Virus record (IMG/VR): IMGVR_UViG_3300037991_003406
Span: 1 to 32,158 of that record
DNA from: a virus
Lineage: Duplodnaviria > Caudoviricetes
Length of the DNA: 32,158 nucleotides
Strand: one strand, 5' to 3'
Position numbers and translations under genes: made by a program. This document shows positions 1-9,341 of this stretch, piece by piece. How positions within the stretch are numbered: position 1 is the first letter of the stretch; every line of letters starts with the position of its first letter. Under the pieces are notes generated by a model. It worked only from the letters and a program-made list of their open reading frames with translations. It was not told the origin of the DNA and ran no database searches.

Positions 1-1410
1 GGACTTGATACTACTATTGACTGGAAAAATACAGGTGATAACAGTTATGACGGAGAAAAGCTTCAGCTGTTAGTACATGATGAAAGTGGTAAATGGGAAA
101 GACCAGATAACATATTAAATAACTGGCGAGTTACAAAAACGTGTTTGCGATTAGGTAGTAGAGTTATTGGTAAATGTATGATGGGTTCAACTTCCAACGC
201 CCTTGATAAAGGTGGAGATAACTTTAAAAAATTATACAATGCATCAGATGTTACTAAGCGAAACAGAAATGGACAAACAGCGTCTGGACTATATTCTCTT
301 TTTATCCCAATGGAGTGGAACTACGAAGGATTTATTGACGAGTACGGAGGCCCAGTCTTTAATAATCCAGATCATGATGTCTTCGATCCACAAGGAGAGT
401 TAATAGATATAGGTGTAATAGATCACTGGCAAAACGAAGCAGAAGGATTAAAAGGTGATCAAGATGCGTTAAACGAATTTTACAGACAGTTTCCAAGAAC
501 TACAGAACACGCATTTAGAGATGAGTCTAAAAATTCAATATTTAACTTAGTAAAATTATACCAACAAATAGATTATAACGAAGGTTTAGGAAATACTTTA
601 GGAATTACAACCGGTAGTTTTCAATGGTTAAACGGTGTAAAAGATTCAACAGTAATGTTTTATCCAAATCCAAAAGGTAGGTTTAAAGTTAGTTGGGTTC
701 CACCTTCTCATTTACAAAATAAAGTTGTAATTAAAAATGGTGTTAAATATCCTGGTAATGAGCATATAGGTGCTTTTGGTTGTGATAGCTACGATATATC
801 AGGAACTGTAGATGGTCAAGGATCAAAAGGTGCTTTGCACGGCTTAACTAAGTTTAGTATGGAAGATGCGCCAGCTAATCAATTTTTTCTTGAGTATTTA
901 GCTAGACCACAAACAGCAGAAATGTTTTTTGAAGACGTGCTCATGGCATTAGTATTTTACGGCATGCCAATACTTGCAGAAAACAATAAACCTAGATTAT
1001 TATATTATTTAAAAAGAAGAGGATATAGAGGTTACAGTATGAATAGACCTGACAAAAGGTTTAATAAGTTATCTGTAGCAGAAAGAGAAATAGGTGGTAT
1101 ACCTAATTCAAGTGAAGATATAAAACAAGCACATGCTGCTGCTATTGAAATGTATATACAAGGGCACGTCGGTATGAAACAAGATGGTTCTTTTGGAAAG
1201 TGTTATTTTAACGATTTGTTAAATGATTGGTCAAAATTTGATATAAATAAAAGAACAAAACATGATGCTTCTATTAGCTCTGGTTTAGCAATAATGGCAA
1301 ATAATAGACATCTATACACACCGCACGCACCAAAAGTAAAACCTAAACTTAACATAAGTATTGCTAGATATTCAAACACTGGTAACACTTCTAAATTAAT
1401 TAAAGAATAA
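1..1410 (+). CDS. terL: Terminase large subunit, 5'-truncated by the window edge
   Basis: Frame 1 is open from base 1 (GLDTTIDWKNTGDNSYDGEKLQLLVHDESGKW...), so the TTG at 145 is not the true start. Walker B-like LLVHDE, coupling motif MGSTS, RNase H-like nuclease motifs GCDSYD, ENNK and HDASISS; lies directly upstream of the portal gene. Confidence 0.93.
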   Translation, partial: GLDTTIDWKNTGDNSYDGEKLQLLVHDESGKWERPDNILNNWRVTKTCLRLGSRVIGKCMMGSTSNALDKGGDNFKKLYNASDVTKRNRNGQTASGLYSLFIPMEWNYEGFIDEYGGPVFNNPDHDVFDPQGELIDIGVIDHWQNEAEGLKGDQDALNEFYRQFPRTTEHAFRDESKNSIFNLVKLYQQIDYNEGLGNTLGITTGSFQWLNGVKDSTVMFYPNPKGRFKVSWVPPSHLQNKVVIKNGVKYPGNEHIGAFGCDSYDISGTVDGQGSKGALHGLTKFSMEDAPANQFFLEYLARPQTAEMFFEDVLMALVFYGMPILAENNKPRLLYYLKRRGYRGYSMNRPDKRFNKLSVAEREIGGIPNSSEDIKQAHAAAIEMYIQGHVGMKQDGSFGKCYFNDLLNDWSKFDINKRTKHDASISSGLAIMANNRHLYTPHAPKVKPKLNISIARYSNTGNTSKLIKE

Positions 1411-1412
1411 AT

Positions 1413-3842
1413 ATGGCTGAGTCAGTTATAAGAGATTACTTCCCGAGTCAAACAGTTAGCGATGCTGAAAAAGCATCTGTTGAATATGGCTTACAAGTAG
1501 GTAAAGCTATTCAAAGAGAGTGGTTTAACAACGCTGGAGGCGGAGGGCAAAACAAATATGCTACTAACAAAAATAAGTTTCACAAGCTTAGAAACTATGC
1601 TAGAGGTGAGCAGTCTATACAAAAATATAAAGATGAATTATCTATAAACGGTGATTTATCTTATTTAAATTTAGACTGGAAACCAGTACCTATTATACCT
1701 AAGTTTGTTGATATAGTTGTAAATGGTATATCAGAAAGAACGTATGATGTAAAAGCATATTCTCAAGACCCTATGGGTATAGAAAAAAGGTCTAAGTATA
1801 TGAATGATATACTAGCTGATATGGCAGCTAAAGATTTTAATAAGCAAGTTGAAGACAATTTTGGTATCAGTGTTCAAAGAACAGCTATTCAAGAATTACC
1901 AGAAACTACAGAAGAACTAGAACTGCACATGCAGTTATCATATAAACAAGGTATAGAAGTTGCAGAAGAACAAGCTATAAACGTTTTATTAGAGGGTAAT
2001 AATTACGAATTAATTAAAAAACGTTTTTATTACGATTTAACAGTTTTAGGTATAGGTGCTGTAAAAACTTGTTACAATGAAGCTGAAGGAATTACTGTTG
2101 AATATGTAAACCCAGCAAATTTAGTGTACTCATATACTGAGTCTCCATACTTTGAAGATATATATTACGTTGGTGAGGTTAAAACAATACCTGTAAACGA
2201 GTTAATAAAAGAGTTTCCTGGTTTAACTAAAGAAGAGATAGAAGACATTGTAAAAACTAGATCTTATCAAAATACAGCGTATAGTAGTGGTTTTGGTTCT
2301 GGTGCAGAATATGATCCTAACAAAGTTCAAGTTTTATACTTTAACTTTAAAACTTATAATCACGAAGTTTACAAAGTAAAACAAACAGGTACTGGAGGTG
2401 CAAAAGCTATATTAAAAGACGATCAATTTAATCCACCAGAAACTAAAGAAGGTGATTTTGAAAAACTTTCAACAGCAATAGAAGTTCTATATGAAGGGGC
2501 TATGGTTTTAGGAACTTCCAAACTATTATACTGGGGCTTAGCAGAAAACATGCTTAGGCCTAAGAGTAATTATACTAAAGTAAAAACTAATTATAGTATT
2601 GTAGCTCCAAGGATGTACTTAGGTAAAATAGAAAGCTTAGTTAGTAGAATAACTGGTTTTGCTGATATGATACAGCTTACACATTTAAAGTTACAACAAG
2701 TAATGTCTAGATTAGTACCAGATGGTATATATTTAGATGCTGACGGTCTTGCTGAAATAGATTTAGGTAATGGTACTAATTACAACCCGCAAGAAGCTTT
2801 AAACATGTTCTTTCAAACTGGTAGTATAATTGGTAGATCTATGACTTCCGATGGTGATATGAACCCAGGTAGAGTGCCTATACAGGAAATAGCTAGTGGT
2901 AATGGTGGTGCTAAAATGCAAAGCTTAATACAAACATATAACTATTACTTGCAGATGATTAGAGATGTAACCGGTCTTAATGAAGCAAGAGATGGTAGTA
3001 TGCCAGACAAAAATGCTTTAGTTGGTGTTCAAAAGCTAGCTGCAGCAAATAGTAATACAGCTACAAGGCATATACTACAGTCTGGGTTATTTTTAACTGC
3101 AGAAGTTGCTGAAGCATTATCATTAAGAATATCTGATGTATTACAATATTCACCAACAAAAGAAGCTTTTATAGAAGCTATTGGAGCTCATAATGTTGGT
3201 ATTTTAGAAGAGTTAAGTGAGTTGCACTTGTATGACTTTGGTATATTTATAGAGTTAACTCCTGATGAAGAAGAAAAAGCAATGCTTGAAAACAATATAC
3301 AAATGGCGTTGCAACAGCAAAGTATAGAGCTTGAAGATGCTATTGATCTTAGAGAAATTAAAAACGTAAAGCTAGCTAATCAATTGTTAAAAATACGTAG
3401 AAAGAAAAAACAAGAAAAAGATCAGCAAATACAAGAGAGAAATATGCAGTTACAGTCGCAGAATAATCAACAAGCTGCTCAAGCTGCCGCACAGGCTGAA
3501 ATGCAAAAAAATCAAGCTTCTATGCAAATGGAAGCTCAACTAGAGCAAACAAAGTCTCAGTTAAAAATGGTAGAGCAAGAAGCTGAAAACAAGTACAAAA
3601 AAGAATTATTAGAACTAGAGTTTCAAATGAAAATGCAGCTAAAACAAATGGAGAGCAGCGCATTATCAAATAAAGAAACAATGAAAGAAGATCGTAAAGA
3701 TCAAAGAACAAAAATCCAAGCTACACAACAAAGTCAAATGATAGAGCAAAGAAATAGCGATTCAGGTGCTAAAAACTTTGAGCAAACAAGTGATGATAGT
3801 ATTAGTGGGGATTTTAATTTAGGACAATTTGATCCTAACTAA
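1413..3842 (+). CDS. Portal protein (crAss-like/Flavobacteriia phage type), 809 aa
   Basis: Position after terL; YARGEQSIQKYK, LDWKPVPIIPKFVDIVVNG and IRDVTGLNEARDG motifs resemble crAss-like portals; long Gln-rich coiled-coil C-terminus. Confidence 0.88.
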   Translation: MAESVIRDYFPSQTVSDAEKASVEYGLQVGKAIQREWFNNAGGGGQNKYATNKNKFHKLRNYARGEQSIQKYKDELSINGDLSYLNLDWKPVPIIPKFVDIVVNGISERTYDVKAYSQDPMGIEKRSKYMNDILADMAAKDFNKQVEDNFGISVQRTAIQELPETTEELELHMQLSYKQGIEVAEEQAINVLLEGNNYELIKKRFYYDLTVLGIGAVKTCYNEAEGITVEYVNPANLVYSYTESPYFEDIYYVGEVKTIPVNELIKEFPGLTKEEIEDIVKTRSYQNTAYSSGFGSGAEYDPNKVQVLYFNFKTYNHEVYKVKQTGTGGAKAILKDDQFNPPETKEGDFEKLSTAIEVLYEGAMVLGTSKLLYWGLAENMLRPKSNYTKVKTNYSIVAPRMYLGKIESLVSRITGFADMIQLTHLKLQQVMSRLVPDGIYLDADGLAEIDLGNGTNYNPQEALNMFFQTGSIIGRSMTSDGDMNPGRVPIQEIASGNGGAKMQSLIQTYNYYLQMIRDVTGLNEARDGSMPDKNALVGVQKLAAANSNTATRHILQSGLFLTAEVAEALSLRISDVLQYSPTKEAFIEAIGAHNVGILEELSELHLYDFGIFIELTPDEEEKAMLENNIQMALQQQSIELEDAIDLREIKNVKLANQLLKIRRKKKQEKDQQIQERNMQLQSQNNQQAAQAAAQAEMQKNQASMQMEAQLEQTKSQLKMVEQEAENKYKKELLELEFQMKMQLKQMESSALSNKETMKEDRKDQRTKIQATQQSQMIEQRNSDSGAKNFEQTSDDSISGDFNLGQFDPN

Positions 3843-3845
3843 TTA

Positions 3846-3870
3846 TTTATTAATTTTATAATATTATATT
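3846..3870 (+). promoter_or_regulatory. AT-rich leader motif, copy 1 (TTTATTAATTTTATAATATTATATT-ATG)
   Basis: Near-identical to the leader at 6615-6641; both abut an ATGG start. Confidence 0.45.
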
Positions 3871-5055
3871 ATGGTAGAAAAAGAAAATGTAACTGAACCA
3901 GTTGCAGAAGAAACTGGTAAGTTAAAAATAAAACCAAAAGTAAAAAAATTTAATCAACAAGAAGATGATAATATCATCAAAGTTGATTTAACAAAACCAA
4001 AAACCGAAGAAAATGAAGTTAAAGAAGATAACCCTGTCGACGAGGGAGTGGCTACAAAGCCTGATAGTACCGAGTCCACAGAAGAACAAAAAGAAGTACA
4101 ACCGGAAGAACAAACACAAGAACAGACTCCAGTACTAGAGGAGATTATAGAAGAAGAAAAGCCAGAGGCAACTGAAGAAAAAATTGTTGAAGAAATAGTT
4201 GAAGCTAAAAAAGAACAACAAGAAACTGGCAAGCCAATACCTGAAAGTTTACAGAAAGTTGTAGATTTTATGGAAGAAACCGGTGGTAATATAGAAGACT
4301 ATGTAAGACTTAATCAAGATTATTCTAATTTAGATGAAAATAATTTATTGAGAGAATATTACAAACAAAAAAAGTCTCATTTAACTTCTGAAGAAATAAA
4401 TTTCTTAATTGAAGATGAGTTTAGTATATCTGAAGATGATTCAGAAAGAGAGAAAAGAAAAAAGAAAATAGCGTTAAAAGAGCAAGTTGCCGACGCTAAA
4501 GCCTACTTAGACGGGCTAAAGTCTAAATACTATGAGGAAATTAAAGCTGGAAGCAGGTTAACACCTGAGCAACAAAAAGCTATTGATTTTTTTAATAGAT
4601 ATAACAAGGAGTCGGAGGAAAGTAATAAAATAGCATCACAACAGAAAGATACTTTTTTACAAAAAACTAACAATGTTTTTAACGATGAGTTCAAAGGTTT
4701 TGAATATAGCGTCGGTGACAAAAAGTATAGATTTAACATTAAAAATGGTGATGAAATAAAGCAAACTCAAAGTGACATAAATAACTTTGTTAAGAAGTTT
4801 CTTGACAAAAATGGTGTTATGAGTGACGCGAAAGGTTATCATAAATCTTTATTTACAGCTATGAACGCAGATGCTATAGCTAATCACTTTTACGAGCAAG
4901 GCAAAGCAGATGCTACTAAAAATAGTATTGAAAATGCTAAGAATATTAACATGAAACCTAGACAAACTTTTACTAATGAGTCTACTGGTTTTAAATATAG
5001 AGTAATTGGCGACAACTCTTCTGATTTTAAGTTAAAGTTAAAACGAAAACAATAA
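3871..5055 (+). CDS. Putative capsid scaffolding/assembly protein, 394 aa
   Basis: Lies between portal and major capsid genes; very acidic, low-complexity Glu/Pro-rich N-terminal third followed by helical/coiled-coil sequence and a basic C-terminal tail. Confidence 0.65.
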   Translation: MVEKENVTEPVAEETGKLKIKPKVKKFNQQEDDNIIKVDLTKPKTEENEVKEDNPVDEGVATKPDSTESTEEQKEVQPEEQTQEQTPVLEEIIEEEKPEATEEKIVEEIVEAKKEQQETGKPIPESLQKVVDFMEETGGNIEDYVRLNQDYSNLDENNLLREYYKQKKSHLTSEEINFLIEDEFSISEDDSEREKRKKKIALKEQVADAKAYLDGLKSKYYEEIKAGSRLTPEQQKAIDFFNRYNKESEESNKIASQQKDTFLQKTNNVFNDEFKGFEYSVGDKKYRFNIKNGDEIKQTQSDINNFVKKFLDKNGVMSDAKGYHKSLFTAMNADAIANHFYEQGKADATKNSIENAKNINMKPRQTFTNESTGFKYRVIGDNSSDFKLKLKRKQ

Positions 5056-5071
5056 TTTAAAACAATAAAAA

Positions 5072-6571
5072 ATGGCACAAGAATTTCAAGCCGGTAGTAA
5101 TTTAAATGCTATCGCTGGTCCTGTTCAACAGACATTGGCTAATAACTATTTAGACTTTTCAACTGGATGGGCACAACAATATCTACCTGAGCTTTACGAA
5201 GCTGAAGTAGAAAGATATGGTAACAGAATGTTATCAGGATTTTTATCAATGGTAGGAGCTGAAGAGGCTATGACTTCTGATCAAGTACGTTGGTCTGAGC
5301 AAGGTAGACTTCACTTATCAGCTACTACTGCTGCAACTGCAGATATAGCTAATGACAACTTAACATTTTCATCAGTTGCTGATTCACAAATGTTTAGAGT
5401 AAATGACACTATATTACTATACTGTACTGTTGATGGTACTACAGCTGCAAACGTAGGAACTACAATTAAAGTTTTATGTACTGCAGTAGACCATGATAAT
5501 AGTAAGATTAAAGTAATACCTTACACTCAAGCAACTTTAGATGCTTCAGGTGGTGGTGCAACTACGTATACTACAGCTTCTGTATTTAGAGCAATGGTTT
5601 ACGGTTCTGAATTTGCGAAAGGTTCTACTTTAGGAACTACTAGAGAAACTTTAACTCCATCATTTACATCTTTTTCTAATAAACCAATTATATTAAGAGA
5701 TAGATTCCAAGTAAATGGATCTGATGTTTCTCAAATTGGTTGGGTAGAAGTTTCTGGTGAAGAAGGACAATCAGGTTACTTATGGTACTTAAAAGCTGAA
5801 GGTGATACTAGAGCAAGATTCAATGACTACATGGAAATGTCTATGTTAGAAGCTGTAAGAGCTACTGGTACTCAGTTAGACACTGTATTAGGAACTGGTG
5901 GTTCTGGTGAAGCTGAAGCTGGTACTCAAGGTTTATTTGCTGCTATCGAAGATAGAGGTCACGTTTCTCTTGATACTTTCAATACTGCTAACAATGCAAA
6001 TGATAATGCTACTGATATGACTGTAGTTGATTCAATTATTGCTAAGTTAGATTTTGAAGGAGCTATTGAAGAAAACATGCTTTACTTAGACAGAACTGAA
6101 ACTTTAGCTATTGACAACATGCTATCATTTGTTGGTGCTGGTGTTGGTGCTGCTAACGTTGGTTATGGTTTATTTGATAACTCAGCTGATATGGCTTTAA
6201 ATTTAGGTTTCTCTGGTTTCAGAAGAGGTTCTTATGACTTCTATAAAACTGACTGGAAATATCTAAATGATAAAATGGCTTATGGATCAATGACTGGTAG
6301 TTTAGCTGGTGAGTCTAAAATCTCTGGAATTTTAGTACCTGCAGGTGTAACTACTGTTTATGATGAGACTATGGGTAAAAATATGAAGAGACCTTTCTTA
6401 CATATTCGTTACAGAGCTTCAAACACTGATAATAGACGATTAAAAACTTGGGTTACTGGTTCAGTTGGTGGAAACATCACTTCTGATCTTGACGCAATGG
6501 AAGTTAATTATCTATCTGAAAGATGTTTAATCTCTCAAGCTACAAACAACTTTATGTTATTAAAGAGATAA
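5072..6571 (+). CDS. Major capsid protein (HK97 fold, crAss-like), 499 aa
   Basis: WAQQYLPELYEAEVERYGNR, WSEQGRLH, GFRRGSYDFYKTDWKYLND and YLSERCL motifs; codon usage looks strongly biased (GCT/ACT/GGT); followed by a strong terminator, as expected for a highly expressed capsid gene. Confidence 0.9.
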   Translation: MAQEFQAGSNLNAIAGPVQQTLANNYLDFSTGWAQQYLPELYEAEVERYGNRMLSGFLSMVGAEEAMTSDQVRWSEQGRLHLSATTAATADIANDNLTFSSVADSQMFRVNDTILLYCTVDGTTAANVGTTIKVLCTAVDHDNSKIKVIPYTQATLDASGGGATTYTTASVFRAMVYGSEFAKGSTLGTTRETLTPSFTSFSNKPIILRDRFQVNGSDVSQIGWVEVSGEEGQSGYLWYLKAEGDTRARFNDYMEMSMLEAVRATGTQLDTVLGTGGSGEAEAGTQGLFAAIEDRGHVSLDTFNTANNANDNATDMTVVDSIIAKLDFEGAIEENMLYLDRTETLAIDNMLSFVGAGVGAANVGYGLFDNSADMALNLGFSGFRRGSYDFYKTDWKYLNDKMAYGSMTGSLAGESKISGILVPAGVTTVYDETMGKNMKRPFLHIRYRASNTDNRRLKTWVTGSVGGNITSDLDAMEVNYLSERCLISQATNNFMLLKR

Positions 6572-6582
6572 CATAGTTAATT

Positions 6583-6617
6583 AAGGATCGAGGCTTCGGC
6601 CTCGACCCTTTCTTTTT
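6583..6617 (+). terminator. Rho-independent terminator after the major capsid gene
   Basis: Stem TCGAGGC / GCCTCGA (6588-6605) with a C(TTCG)G tetraloop, AAGG/CCTT extension, followed by TTTCTTTTT. Confidence 0.88.
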
Positions 6618-6641
6618 ATTAATTTTATTATATATTATATT
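6615..6641 (+). promoter_or_regulatory. AT-rich leader motif, copy 2 (TTTATTAATTTTATTATATATTATATT-ATG)
   Basis: Matches 3846-3870 and overlaps the terminator U-tract. Confidence 0.45.
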
Positions 6642-7439
6642 ATGGCAAAAAAACAAGAAAAGGTAGAGGTACCTGTTGTTGAAACACCAATTGTTGAAAC
6701 ACCAAAACCTAAAAAAAATGATTGGGAAATAAAAGACAGAACTTACATATTAACAAAAAATCAATCACCATTAACTTTAACTTTAAAAAGTAGAGGTTTA
6801 TTTTGGTTTGATGAAGAAGCAGGTTATCAAAGAGAAGTAAAATATTGTAAAAATCAAAAAACAGTCTTTGTTGATGAAATGAAAGGACCACAGTTACTAG
6901 AACACATTATATTTTATGATGGTGTTTTAACTGTTCCTAAAGAAGATGTTATGTTACAAAAATTACTTTCTTTATATCACCCAATGAAAGATAAAGTTTA
7001 TTATGAGTTTAAACCTGTAGCTGCTGCTGAAGAAGAAGTTGAAGACATAGAGTTAGAAATAGAAGCTCTTAATGTTGCGCAAAATTTAGACATTGATTTA
7101 GCTGAAGCAGTTATGCGTGTAGAATTAGGTTCTAAGGTGTCAGAGATGAGTTCTAAGGAACTTAAAAGAGATTTACTATTATATGCTAAAAGAAACCCAC
7201 AGTTGCTTTTAGATTTAGTAAATGATGATAATATACAGCTTAGAAATGTAGGTATTAAAGCTACTGAAATGGGATTAATATCTTTATCGCCAGATCAAAG
7301 AACATTTATTTGGAACTCTAACAATAGAAAACTTATGAATGTTCCATTTGACGAACATCCGTACTCAGCATTAGCTGCTTGGTTTAAAACCGATGAAGGT
7401 ATGGAAATATATTCAAGTATAGAAAAAAGATTAAAATAA
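6642..7439 (+). CDS. Conserved head-module protein downstream of the capsid gene, function unknown, 265 aa
   Basis: Intact ORF with ATG in the position of a conserved crAss-like gene after MCP; motifs IIFYDGVLTVP, ELKRDLLLYAKRNP, LAAWFKTDEG. Confidence 0.6.
   Translation: MAKKQEKVEVPVVETPIVETPKPKKNDWEIKDRTYILTKNQSPLTLTLKSRGLFWFDEEAGYQREVKYCKNQKTVFVDEMKGPQLLEHIIFYDGVLTVPKEDVMLQKLLSLYHPMKDKVYYEFKPVAAAEEEVEDIELEIEALNVAQNLDIDLAEAVMRVELGSKVSEMSSKELKRDLLLYAKRNPQLLLDLVNDDNIQLRNVGIKATEMGLISLSPDQRTFIWNSNNRKLMNVPFDEHPYSALAAWFKTDEGMEIYSSIEKRLK
6676..6705 (+). repeat. Perfect 15-bp tandem duplication TTGTTGAAACACCAA x2 (VVETP/IVETP)
   Basis: Read directly at 6676-6690 and 6691-6705, in frame. Confidence 0.9.
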
Positions 7440-7446
7440 TCTAACT

Positions 7447-7483
7447 GTAGGAGCGATCGCCCTACGGGGCGATTGCATACTAC
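7447..7483 (+). other. GC-rich intergenic hairpin with C(TACG)G tetraloop and no U-tract
   Basis: GCGATCGCCC (7453-7462) / GGGCGATTGC (7467-7476), one G-U pair, plus outer GTAG/CTAC; followed by A-rich sequence. Confidence 0.75.
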
Positions 7484-7499
7484 AAATTAAAAAACAAAT

Positions 7500-8222
7500 A
7501 TGGCTATAAGTATAAACACAGTATATCAGAGAGTATTGGCAATTGCTAATAAAGAACAAAGAGGTTATATAACTCCGCAAGAATTTAACTTATTAGCTAA
7601 TCAAGCTCAAATGGATATATTTGAGCAATATTTTTATGATATAAATCAGTTTGAAAGATTAAACGATAATGACACAGAGTATTCTAATATGATTAGTTTA
7701 CTTGAAGAAAAAATAAGTCCTTTTGAAAAGTATAGAGTAACAATGTCAGCTGTTAGCGGTAATACTTTAACTTTACCAACAGATCTTTATAGATTAGGCT
7801 TAGTTTTTTATGCACCTACAGGCGCTTATGACGTAGAAGTAGAGCATATAAATAAAAAAGAATTAGTGTATATGGAGAGATCACCTTTAGCTGCTCCATC
7901 ATCAACACACCCTGTATACGTTCGTAAAACAGATACTACAATTAAAGTTTTTCCGTCTTCTCCAACATCAACATACACTGTTAACAATGTTACGTGTAAT
8001 TATGTTGCTAAACCAACTGAAATTGTTTGGGGTTATACAGATGTAAGTGGAACTGCGTTATATAACTCAGGAACAACTACAGATCCAGAACTTCACGAGT
8101 CTGAAGAAACTACTTTAGTTATAAAAATACTAGCTCTTGCAGGTATAACACTACAAGATCCTAGCATGTATCAAATAGCTACAGCTGAAGACAACAAAAA
8201 AACACAACAAGAAAAATCATAA
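7500..8222 (+). CDS. Tail ring / head-tail adaptor (tubular) protein, 240 aa
   Basis: NKEQRGYITPQEFN..ANQAQ N-terminal helices, LPTDLYRL, YVAKP..WGY and ELHESEE..LVIKILALAG, the pattern of crAss-like ring/adaptor proteins; synteny. Confidence 0.72.
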   Translation: MAISINTVYQRVLAIANKEQRGYITPQEFNLLANQAQMDIFEQYFYDINQFERLNDNDTEYSNMISLLEEKISPFEKYRVTMSAVSGNTLTLPTDLYRLGLVFYAPTGAYDVEVEHINKKELVYMERSPLAAPSSTHPVYVRKTDTTIKVFPSSPTSTYTVNNVTCNYVAKPTEIVWGYTDVSGTALYNSGTTTDPELHESEETTLVIKILALAGITLQDPSMYQIATAEDNKKTQQEKS

Positions 8223-8225
8223 AAT

Positions 8226-9338
8226 ATGGGTTTATTTCAAGGTACACAAGAACAATATCACGGCTTTAATAGTTTTACAGCAACGTCAAGCCAAACTAAT
8301 TTTACATTAGATTATCCAACGCTTCCTACTAGCACTAGTGAGTTTAATGTTTATTTAACTGGTACACATGGTGGTGTAACCTCTACTTCTAGAGCTTTAC
8401 TTTCAACTTTTGGTGGCGCTTCAATATCAAGTTATAATTCAACTACTGGTGTTTTAGTTTTACCAGCTATGGCAAGTGGTACTATTGTTGAGGTTATAAT
8501 AACAAATCCAAATTTAGGTAATTATCAATACATATCTTTAGACGATATTACTAACAACTTTATGGTTTCATATACTGGAGATGATAAACTTATAAATAGA
8601 GTTAGAAGAACAGACGTTGTATTTCATGCTAAAAGAGCTTTTCAAGAACTTAGTTATGACACTTTAAAATCTACAAAAGCACATGAAGTTGAAATAGACT
8701 CTACTTTGCAAATGGATTTACCACCTGATTATGTCAATGCCGTAGCTGTTAATTGGGTAGATGATGCTGGTATATACAGACCTTTAATAGCTACTAGACA
8801 TACTGGTAATCCAACAGCGTTATCACAAGACGGTACTTATGAATACATATTTAATGACTCTGGAGAGTATGTAGTAGGTTCTGAGTCTACAACTCTAACA
8901 AGAAGAAAAAATCAATCAGTTACTGTTTCTGATGATGTTAGTTACGATACTGATGTTTATGATTTAAATGAAGGAAGACGTTTTGGTATAAATCCTGAAA
9001 TGGCTAATGTAAACGGTTATTATTTTATAGATGAAAATAAAGGTAAAATAAATTTTTCTTCAAATATAAACACTAAAATAGTAGTGCTACAATACGTAAG
9101 CGATGGTTTAGGTACAGATGCAGAAATGAAAGTTCATAAATTTGCTGAAGAAGCTGTTTACAAGTATATAGCACACGCTGTGCTAGCTTCAAAAGCAAAT
9201 ACACCTGAATATATTGTTCAAAGATTTAAAAAAGAAAGAAGAGCTGCTATAAGAACAGCTAAATTAAGACTATCTAACTTAAAACCTAGAGAGTTAGAGC
9301 AAGCGATGAGAGGAAAATCAAAACATTTAAAACACTAG
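8226..9338 (+). CDS. Second ring/tail-tube structural protein with an N-terminal beta insert, 370 aa
   Basis: YQYISLDDITNNF, FHAKRAFQELSYD, LPPDYVN, LQYVSDGL and VHKFAEEAVYKYI motifs; directly precedes the stabilisation protein. Confidence 0.7.
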   Translation: MGLFQGTQEQYHGFNSFTATSSQTNFTLDYPTLPTSTSEFNVYLTGTHGGVTSTSRALLSTFGGASISSYNSTTGVLVLPAMASGTIVEVIITNPNLGNYQYISLDDITNNFMVSYTGDDKLINRVRRTDVVFHAKRAFQELSYDTLKSTKAHEVEIDSTLQMDLPPDYVNAVAVNWVDDAGIYRPLIATRHTGNPTALSQDGTYEYIFNDSGEYVVGSESTTLTRRKNQSVTVSDDVSYDTDVYDLNEGRRFGINPEMANVNGYYFIDENKGKINFSSNINTKIVVLQYVSDGLGTDAEMKVHKFAEEAVYKYIAHAVLASKANTPEYIVQRFKKERRAAIRTAKLRLSNLKPRELEQAMRGKSKHLKH

Positions 9339-9341
9339 TAA

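Noticed and set aside
145-147. TTG start for the terminase ORF
   Set aside because: The frame is open to base 1 and includes the Walker B motif upstream, so the gene starts outside the window.
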